DNA of 64,000 nucleotides from an uncultured Planctomycetales bacterium (GTDB lineage Bacteria; Omnitrophota; Gorgyraeia; Zapsychrales; JANLHA01): NCBI GenBank assembly GCA_964374105.1, contig CAYJXI010000006.1, positions 2,177 to 66,176 of the forward strand, read 5' to 3'. Shown piece by piece: positions 14,518 to 24,800 of this stretch (position 1 is its first letter; each line of letters starts with the position of its first letter). The notes under the pieces were generated by a model. It saw only the letters and a program-made list of their open reading frames with translations, ran no database searches and was not told where the DNA came from. The position numbers and the translations under genes were made by a program.

Positions 14518-15847
14518 AATTGCTTTGCTCCTCATAGGGTGCGAAAGGAGGCAGGCGGCTAACGTTGTCGAAAAAGATGGGACATTCAAAATCTATCACG
14601 ATGATGGGAAACTTGCAGAAACGGGACGATATAAGGAGGGAGTGGAAGACGGTGTTTTTAAAAGTTATTACGAGAACGGGAGAATGGCCTCACTTGAGAA
14701 TTACAAAGACGGTGAGCGGGAAGGAGTTTTTAAGACTTATTACGAAGATGGGAAGCTTCTTGTTGAAGGAACCTTTAAGGATGATAAAGAAAATGGAATC
14801 TTCAAAAGTTATTATCCCAATGGCAAAGTAAGGACGATGGAAAATTACATAGAAGGTGTTAAAGAAGGAGAATTTAAGAGTTTTTATGAAAATGGCGATT
14901 TGGCTGTTGAAGGCACTTTCCAGAATGGTCAGGAAAATGGTGTCATCAAAAGTTACTATGAGGGGAAGAAATTCATGGCGGAAGGGAATTTCGTTAACGG
15001 CATCGCCCAAGGAATGTTCAAAAGTTATTATGAAAACGGTAAGCTTATGGCCGAGGGAAATTTCAAGGACGGCGAAGAAGAGGGAGCTTTGAAAAGTTAT
15101 TACGATAACGGTCAGCTCGCGGCCGAAGGAAATTTTGTTAACGGACTTGTGGATGGTGAATTCAAACTTTATTACGACAACGGGCAACTCGCCTCCGTGG
15201 GCAACTATAAAAACGGCATCGAGAACGGGGAATTTAAGAGTTTTGACCCTCAGGGGAAAGAGCGGTCGGTTGAGCATTATAAAGAGGGTTTATGGGATGG
15301 CGATTTCGCCTTTTATCACGCCAATGGTCAGCTTGTCACAAAAGTTAATTACGAGGCGGACAAATTGAAAGGGGCCTTCCAAGCGCTCTTTGAAAACGGA
15401 CAGCTGGCAGTCGAAGGCAATTATCAAGACGGTTTGCCGGAAGGCGGCTTCAAAGTCTATTATCCCGATGGCAAGATCAAGGTCGAAGAAGCTTATAAAA
15501 GCGGTGACGGCCACGGTGTCTATAAACATTATTGGCCGGATGGCAAATTGCGCTCTGAAGGCAATTACAAAAACGGACAGATGGATGGTGAGTTCAAAAG
15601 TTATTACGAAACCGGTCAGCTCATGGCTCAAGGCACTTATAGAGAAGGCAAGGAAGTCGGCCTCTTCCAAAGCTTTTATCCTGATGGAAAACTTAAATCT
15701 GAAGATAAGTATACTGACGGCATTCTAGAGCAAGGCATTTTTAAAACTTATGGTTCCCAAGGTGAGTTAAAAAAAGAAATTAAGTACTGGTACGATCAAG
15801 ACGGCGAGTTGCAAACCACAACGGTTGCCCACGAGCAAGGCGCTTAA
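14492..15847 (+). CDS. MORN-repeat (YwqK-like) lipoprotein
   Basis: Lipobox LLLIGC. About 18 tandem 23-aa MORN-variant repeats of the form G(K/Q)LxxEGNYK(D/N)GxxxGxFKSYYENG. ATG at 14492 with a GGAGGAA RBS. Confidence 0.7.
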   Translation: MKRIFLYLIIALLLIGCERRQAANVVEKDGTFKIYHDDGKLAETGRYKEGVEDGVFKSYYENGRMASLENYKDGEREGVFKTYYEDGKLLVEGTFKDDKENGIFKSYYPNGKVRTMENYIEGVKEGEFKSFYENGDLAVEGTFQNGQENGVIKSYYEGKKFMAEGNFVNGIAQGMFKSYYENGKLMAEGNFKDGEEEGALKSYYDNGQLAAEGNFVNGLVDGEFKLYYDNGQLASVGNYKNGIENGEFKSFDPQGKERSVEHYKEGLWDGDFAFYHANGQLVTKVNYEADKLKGAFQALFENGQLAVEGNYQDGLPEGGFKVYYPDGKIKVEEAYKSGDGHGVYKHYWPDGKLRSEGNYKNGQMDGEFKSYYETGQLMAQGTYREGKEVGLFQSFYPDGKLKSEDKYTDGILEQGIFKTYGSQGELKKEIKYWYDQDGELQTTTVAHEQGA

Positions 15848-15855
15848 AATTTTTC

Positions 15856-18800
15856 ATGATAAGAAAATCCCCTTTACGCTATCCCCTTATTACTTTTCTT
15901 GTTTTTGGTTTGCTTTTCCCTCCCATTAATCTCCCTGGGAAAAGGGTCCCTCTTCCTTTAGCCCGCGCGGAGGAGACATCACCCCAACAAACAACCGAGA
16001 TCCCGCAGAAAGAAATTGATGCTGTTAATGCGCAGTTGAGTGAACTCAATAGTCAACTGAAATCGATTAATTCGGCGGTATCTTTTGTCCTACCTGATTT
16101 AGGCCAGCCAGTTACCTCAACCATGGAAAATATTTTTAGAGAAGTTATGACATTTCAGGGTGAGATACCCCTGATGTATTCCACCATCGATGGCCTCTTT
16201 ATTCAGTTGAAACAATTGGTTGAGCAGATTAACAGCTTGGAGGAAATCGGTGAAGGCGATGCCAATGCCTTTAACAACCAAACCGATCAAATGGCCAACC
16301 AATTGGATCCGATGCTTTCCAGTACAGATGGAATGATTGAGCGTGTGGATGAATTTATGTTTGAAGTGGATACTCTCATTAAGCGAATCGATGAAGTTTC
16401 TGCGGGTGGTAGCGCAGCGCAAACAAAATTGGATGAGCTTGACCGGAAAGAAAAGGAAGTCAGCCAAAGTTTTGCTGATCTCCTTAAGGCATTGGAAGGA
16501 AAAAATCTTAAGCTCAACGGCAACCCTCAAGAGTTCGAACAATATTTAAAGGAGATCCGGGATTATATCTCATCGTTAGAGAGCTACATGACGGAATCGG
16601 TTAAATATTTTGACGATTTGAAAAAATATTGCGGGACAACGTTGGAAGAATTAGGGAAGCTGCGGACAGATTTGGAAGAAATCAAAGAGTACTTTAAATC
16701 GGTGCAGGAATATTTTAGAAGCATAAAAGTTTCACCGGATGAAGAAAAAAAGAAACGCACTCGTGATGCTTTTGATATCAATGCGGCGCCGGAAACCAAT
16801 TACGAAGATGCCATCTGCCAGGGGATTGACGAAAAATATTTCTCTTACGATACCTGCCGCGAATCCTGTAAACTCCGCACCTGTCTTTTTAAAAGAGGGC
16901 AGCAAGGGGCACGCTGTTATGAGTGTCCCTCCGGAGGGAGTGAGACTTGTTATGATTACGGAATGCTTCCGTATGTTCATCCCTGGTGCAAGCCTGGTGG
17001 TGTTTGTCATCAGGTTCCGGAAATGTATTGTACCCCCGGCACTTCTTTTAAAACCAAAGAGCTTATCAATATAACTTGTATGACTTGCAAAAAGCGTCCC
17101 GACATGTGTTGGCAGAAGGTCGGTCCTAGTACTAACAATTATCAAAATTGTATGTCAGGGTGCTCGGATGGTGTATGCGTTTATCGGGGAAGTTACGAAG
17201 AACTTGAATGGGATGGGACGAAGGAGAAGTTGCATTGTTTTGAATGCGTGACTCCGCCGCCTAAACCGACTTGCGAGGAAATGAACTGGGGGTATGATTG
17301 GCAAGCCGCTTGTGAAAGGGATTGTCCTGATCCAGGGCATTGTGAGGAAAAGAAATTTACACCGACAGCAAAAGAATTAGATGAGATCAAGAAGAAGAGA
17401 TTAAAAGAGTGGCGTGAGCGGTTGAGCGGAGGCGGACCTGGAGGAGGTCCTCCAGGCGGTGCCCCACCGGGAGGTGGGCCTCCTGGTGGTGGACCGGGAC
17501 AACCCGGAGCTCCAGGACAGCCAGGGGCGCCAGGACAACCAGGAGCACCTGGTGGTGATCAAGGCGGCGGCCAAGGCGGAGGGTCTCAAGCAGGTGGCGG
17601 CGATAAGACACCTCCACCACCAGTAACTGTTGCTCCACCTCCAACCGGTGGAGGAGGAACGCCTCCATCAACAGGTGGCGGTGGTGGAACTCCCCCTCTA
17701 AAACCAGAGGAACCTAAACCTCCAGTGACACCGGATCAACCTCAACCGGGAACGCAGCCGATGGAAGAAAAACCAAAACAAGGAGTGGTAACTCCGACAG
17801 AACCACCGCGGCCAGAGCCACCCAAAGTTGATCCACCATCTCAACCAACAGGAACACAACCAACTCAGCCAAAACCACCGGCAACACCGCAACCGCCACC
17901 GGTGACAGTAGGACAGCCATCTCCGCCAGAGACTCAGGCACCTCCACAGACACAGGCACCAACTCAAACAACGTCAACGACGCCACCACCTCCGCCGCCG
18001 AGTCCACCACAGACTCAGGCCCCACCACCCATCACGGTAGTGGATGAAAAGAAAGAAGGTAATTTTACAATTCGGACCTATTCCGATGGGACAAAGGAAG
18101 TGGTGAAAAAAGGCGCAGATACAACCACGACCGACCGATTTGATGCCAAAGGAAATAAAGTCGGTACAACGACTGTGGACAGTTCAGGGAAGGTCACGAA
18201 CTCCGAGGGTTACCAGACTTTGTCGCAATTTCGTGAAGATCCATGCAAAGACAAAAAACAACAGCGTTCCGAGATGTTCCACGGCAAAGGGGATGAAACA
18301 AGTGCAAAAACCGATTTCCGTAATCAATGGATCGGCGCTTATAACGGCGGGCCGGCATCCTATCATAAGTTCCGCAGTCAGATGCTCAATGACCCAACAA
18401 CTCCGACACAGCACCGCAACTGGTTTGTTGAAATGGACAGTAAATTAAGAGAAATGTCTCAAAGCGAGGATCCGTGTTTGCGCGTTCCTTATCCACCGAC
18501 ACCTGCACCGGGCAGTGTTCCGCGAGAACCGAAAGAAGATCCCTGCAAAGAAAAAACCCAGCAATTAATTGACGGTGCGGCCGGAGAAGCCACAGGTAAA
18601 AAGGCATTGCGGGATAATGTTACCAACGCTTTACGTCAAGGTGGTAATGCGTACAGTGAATACTTCAACAGCGTTATGAATGACCCCAAGTCTACTTCTG
18701 AACAAATTAATTGGATTAATGATTTAGATAAAGAAGTGAGAGATTATTTTAACGATCCTTGTCACGGCCCTAAAACTCAAACGGCCCAGCCACAACCGGG

Positions 18801-21800
18801 ACAGCAACAGCCCGGATCCACACAACCCGGTGGCACACAGCAGGGACAACAGCAGACGCCACCAACTGATCCCTGTGCTGATGCGCTTAAGAAATTTATC
18901 ACTCCTAAAGAAGGTGAAAGCGCCAACCGTACAGCTTTGCGTAACCGTTTTGTGAACGCATTGCGTCAAGGACCGAAGAAGTTTGAAGAGTTTTCTAGCG
19001 AAATCATGAACAATCCGCAGACGCCGCAGGAGATGATTAATGATTACGCTGCGGTGCAAGAAGATTATAAAGCGTTTATGAATGACCCTTGCCACGGCCA
19101 GCGAACACAAGCTCAGCCGACTCAACCGCAAGGCACTCAGCCAACAACGACTCAACCGACACAACCCTCACCAACTGGTGAAGGAGTTACGCAAGGAACA
19201 GTGCCTGAGACAACGGGTGCACCTCAGCAGCCAACAACGGCACCGTCAACACAGACTCGAGGACCGTGTGATGGTTATCGTACGTTTAACATTCCGCCGA
19301 CTGGAGAATCAGCGGAGAAAACAGCATTGCGTCAACAGTATGCGCAGGCACGTTCGCAAGGTGCACAGGCGTTCACGCAATTTAGAGACGGGATAATGAA
19401 TAATCCGCAAACGTCTACCGAAACGTTGCAGATGTACCGCGATTTGGTTACTGAAGAGCGTCAGTTGGAAGAAGATCCATGTTCTGGTGGTTTAGCACCG
19501 GGCTCATTGCCGCCTCCACCAAAAATAGAATGTCCTGATGGCACACAGGCGCGTCCGTTCCAAGTTCCTCCACAGGGCGAAGATCCGGGCAAAACGCGTT
19601 TGCGTGAGGAATTTGTCTTTAGAGCTCTGCAAGGCGAACAGGCCTTGGGTTCTTTTTTACAGGATATTTATAAAGGCCGCGGGACTGAGCAGAAAAAAGA
19701 GTGGATGAATGAATTGATAGATGAAGTAGAAATTCTGGCTGAGGATCCGTGTATGGGCACCTTCACCGGTTCAGGGATCAAAGATCCGTGCGAAGAATTT
19801 CGTCCGGGAAATATTTCGGTTCCCAAAGATGGGGAGTCAGAAGGCAAGCAGAATTTCCGGCAAGAATTTACCTCGGCGTTACGCGAAGGTGGATCAGCTC
19901 TCCAAGATTTTCATCTGAATGTGATGAGCAGTGGCGATCAACAAAGGCTGCGCTGGATGGTTGAATTGGATGAAGAGTTCGACGGATATATGAATCATCC
20001 ATGCTACAACATCGCTCCCGATATTTCTAAGCCAGCTTCCACGACTGAAGGGGCTCCCTTGGAAACTGTGCCAACGACGACTATTCCCGTTGTTGAAGTC
20101 CCGGGTTATGAACAATTAACCGCGGATCTTGGCAAACGGAAAAATTTTAATATGACAGAAGTGGGTGGGGTCATTCACATCACCGAGACTTTCGAAAACG
20201 GCCATATCTTGGATAACACCTCAACCGATGATGCCGAGTATTATGTTCTGAAAGATAAAGATGGCCGGACGCTCAAAACGTTTACGCAATATCACGATGG
20301 GAGCACGCGCTTTAACGAAATCCGTTACGATGACGAGGGCCGGGCGTTGCCGACAATTACCGAAAAAGCTAATGACGGAACAGTCACGATTATTCGACCC
20401 AATGAAACCATTGAGGAAATCAAAGATAACGGCGATGGCACCACAATCAAAACCGATACAAACCGTTTGGGCTATCGCACCACAACCGTGCGTGATGTGA
20501 TCGGCGCCATTGTTTCGAAAGAAGATACGATTATTTATGAAAAGGCGCCGGGACAAATTTATTACGAAACCCAAATCGCAACCGATGGCGGGAATTGGAA
20601 TCAACTACCCCAGTGGATGAAAGAGCGTTTCGCCAGTTCCGAGCGCGCTATCCAAGATCGTCTAAGGCAACAGGAACTGCGTTTGCAATTGCAGGAAGAA
20701 CAACGTCGCGAAGATGAACGTCGGCGTACCTGGTCACAGGCCTTATCGGCAGAGACGGATCTTCAACTTTCTCGGATCAAACGTGAGCAGGCAGAAGCTG
20801 ATCGTTTGGCCGAAATCCGCCGGAAGAAAGAAGAACGCCTGCGTACCATTCAAGACCTTATCGACCGACAAAAAGTCAATCGGGTACGATTAGGGGAAGC
20901 CATTAATAGCGGTAACAAAACTTTGCAAAGGCAGATTGAACGCGAGATGGATGAAATCAGTGACCGCAGTATGGATCTTTTCCAGTTGACAGAAGAGGAA
21001 ACAGTGCAAGTAGCGATTAAGGATCAAAAGCGTCAGGAACTAGCGACTGCACTGCGTCGGGATGCGATGCTGCGCTCTTTCCATCGGATGGAAGGCGATG
21101 TCATTGTCCAAGATGCAAAGGAGCAGTTCAATAGGTATACCCACTGGCTTTTGATCGGTGCCCAGATGTCGCAGGAAACAGCGAAGAATACGCGATTAAA
21201 TGACCGGTTGTTAGCCTACTCGCAGGCCAAGATTGAAGTTTTGGAGGAATGGCTTAACCGACGAGATTTATCGGACATGGAGCGGGATATCATTACAGAT
21301 ATGTTGGACATGGCGCGTCTGCAGGAAGAAAGTGCGACGTATGCCTTATCCGCGAATTCACGCTTAACCGCGGTCGGGTATGCCGTTGACATTGGATTGC
21401 TGGTTGCGGGAGGAAAAATTTTTACCGGCTTTTATCGAGGTCTGCACCTTTTAGTCAGAGGAACAGCCAAGGTCGTTTCGGTTGCCAGTCCTCAATTAGC
21501 CACTTGGTTGATTAGCCGTGTGACTCAGCGCAGTTTAACCCAGTTGGCGGTGGGTACAAAAAATATCACCGTCCGTCCGTTGGCGCGGATAGTGACGAGG
21601 GCGGTTGTGGCTTCTACGGCTCGTGTTGCTGGGCAAAGAGCGGGTTTACGTGTAGCGCAAGGGCTCACCACCAATGTGGGACAAACGGTTGCAAGGGCAG
21701 CAACGAGGGCTGGCACCAAGGTTGCGGCAGTGGCTCCGCGTGTGATTGGGCAAACCGGGGTCAAGATCGTTGGGACTGGCGCTTACTATACTTATAACGG

Positions 21801-24800
21801 AGCCGTTCTTTTGACCAAGGCCTTATTATCGGATGTGCGAGAAATCCCCGGCTGGTTTGCTCGACGGCCCGGAATGAAGGTTTTGTCAGGCAGCGGTTAC
21901 GCATTATCGCCATTTAAACCATCATCAGGGACAAAAGTTATTGTGGATGATCTTCCAAGACTTCCAACAGCGCCAAGTGGAGTTCCGATTTCCGGTCCGC
22001 CACGGGTTTCGCTCAACACCCCGCGAGGAACGCCGATTTCCGCTGGCAGACAACGTCCGTCTGTTGGTGCACCGCGTGAAGGCCCAGCGATTCAGCCGCC
22101 ACCACGTCCGGCCCAAGGGGATTTTGCCTATGATTTGCGAACCGAGGCTGGCCGAAAAGCATTGGAAACGGAAGAAAGAGCTATTCAGGCGGAGATTGAT
22201 AAAGCACGACTTTGGGGAGAAGAAACTAAGGATCTCAGTAAACCTTGGTTCCCTCTGGAATGGCAGCCATGGTATAAGCGGCTTCCATCGAAAGGACAAG
22301 CTCCCACTCCCAGACCGGTTGGGACAGAATCGAAAACGATAATCGATGGTATTCGTCGCGGTGTCCAGGATGATGTAGGAACCATGATTGATCGTCCGCG
22401 GTCGGGACTGACAACAAAGGTGGGGCCTGAGGCCGAGCTTCCCTCTGCAACAGCCTCAACAGTCATTGACCGCGCTGGTGCTCGTGCGGCTGATGATGTC
22501 GGCACATTGATTGATAAAAAACTTTCCACCATTACTCAGGAAACGCCTACCTTTATTGACCGTCCCCGGGCCGGCACCTCGGGAATCAATATTGAAGAAG
22601 ATTTTGCTGTGGATCTTACCACGAAAGAAGGGGTTGAACAGATGGATGATGTTCTGCGGCAGGCTGCTGAAGCCCGTAATTCGCAAAGGGCTTACCTTGA
22701 ACAGGGCGGACGTTTGCCGGTCCAGCATCCCAGAAGTCTTTTCCATGAACCTGGATTCAAAGATTTGCCAGAAAAAACCAGAGTGCTCCCCCGATTTGAG
22801 CCGCCGGATATTCATTCTACTCAAGTCCTTGAGCCAACACCGATTCGTCATACGGATGGCTCGGCAATCACGCGTCCTGGCAGTAATCGTCCTTTGATCC
22901 GGCAGGAGGGTAAGCCGATTACTCCTCGAACCGAACCAACGGTCGGCGGTCCGCGCGCCACAACAGTTCAACCGATTGATGAATGGGCAAAACGACGATC
23001 GGGAGATTTTACTGGACGCATTCCACCAGAATCGGTGGATGCAAAATACCTCATTGACCGGCCATTACAGCGTAAGGCCTTAGAAGATTGGCTGCTGCGT
23101 TCCCAAGCCGAGCGGGAAATGTTTGATGCCAAGATCATTAAAGCCCTTGAGGATGCGGCCTCCTTCGGAAACAAATGGGCGAGGCGTTTGTTAGCTGACC
23201 TCAAAAGCGGAAAATTTGATTTCTATTACACCTCGCGGTTAAAGGATGCGGGGTTGGCTTATGGGGATAACTATATTTTGATTAATCCTCTGAAACGGCC
23301 AGGCGTTAGTGATGCTTTAAGGAGTGCCGATGAACTGGCGAGCACTCTCCTTCATGAATACGTGCATGTCTATAGCGGAAAAACTTTAGGCGGTGTGCCT
23401 AAGACTGGGTATAACGAAGTCCGTGCGTTTTGGGCTGAGGCGATGTTTAACCGTGACCTTAAAAACGCACGGACATTCTGGGGCGAAGCCTTTGATGATA
23501 AGACATACAAAGAACTTCAAACCCTCTTAGGCATGAATTTATCCAAGCCCGGTGCAGTATCGACAATGGCGCGAGGTCTACGAGCCAGACGCAATCTACA
23601 AAGAGAATTGGTTGAACGTTATTATGGTTCTATGTACAAGGATAAATTAGCCCTGGCTATTGAGCGATTGTCGACTTACAAGGGCGGAAGCATGCGCGGG
23701 TTAAAGACTTTGCTAAGAGAAGTGAGTGATGCAGGTACGGATATGAACAAATTGGCAGCATTGATTGCGCGGGAAATGACGAAGAAGCGCCCGCAGCCCG
23801 TAACGTATGAAAAGCTTTTGGAGCGTATCTTGCAAGAAGGGGGAGCGGTGCGTCCTTCTGATGCTAAATCCATTGGCGGATTGCCGGAGAGTTTAACCAA
23901 TGTACCACCGAATCCACCGCCACCGATGCCGCGGCTAAGCACTGAGCGACCGTCACGCCCGTCAATTATGGGAGAGCCAAGACCACCGATTCGCCCGGAT
24001 ACTGAACCAACGATCGGGCCATCAAGAGAAGGCCCAATGATTCAGCCTCCGAAATCAACACCGATTATCCATACCGATCAAGGGGCGATTACACAGCCTC
24101 GAGATACGGTTCCGATTGTTCAGGAAAGAACACCCATTCGCCCGCAAACAGAGCCAACGATCGGTGCGCCACGAGAAGGCCCGGCGATTCAGCCACCCCA
24201 GAAAACCCCGATTATTCACACCGATCAAGGGGCGATCACGCAGCCTCGAGATGGCGTTTCCATAGTCCAAGAGAGGATTCCAATCCGTCCTGCCTTGGAA
24301 CCGACTGTCGGTAAAGCAAGAGAAGGAACAAAGATTAAATCATCCCTCGATGAAATTGATGAATATTTGGACTTTAGGACGATGGGGAATTTCCGAAATC
24401 GTTCAGCACCGCGGCGAATGGATCAGGAAGATTTGATTTCCCTGCCATACCGTCGAAAAGCAAGGACCTATTGGCGTTTGACCCGCGATGCAAAAAAGGA
24501 AGCCTTGGAACGTTCCATTATCAAGTCCTTAGAGGATGCCACTTGGATGGGCAACAAATGGGCACGGCGGTTGTTGGAGGCCTTAAAGAAGAAAGAATTT
24601 TCTTTCTACTATGATCCGGCATTACGGTTTAAGGGAATCGCTTTTGATGGCTCTTATGTGATCATTAACCCTTACCAGAATGCTGGGATGACAACGGAGT
24701 TTCTTTCCGGTGACGCCTTGGCGAGCACACTTCTTCATGAATATGTGCATTCGTATCGCGGCCGAACGTTCGCAGGGAATCTGAAGACCGGTTATAACGA

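Noticed and set aside
14690-15277. 195-aa minus-strand ORF inside the MORN lipoprotein gene
   Set aside because: It is the antisense of a highly repetitive MORN array. The MORN frame has a lipobox, an RBS and regular repeats; the antisense frame has none.
17410-18020. Collagen-like domain in the giant protein (GQPGAP triplets)
   Set aside because: There are only about five G-X-Y triplets in a row. The rest is irregular Gly/Pro/Thr/Gln low complexity. It is treated as a flexible linker rather than a collagen triple-helix domain.
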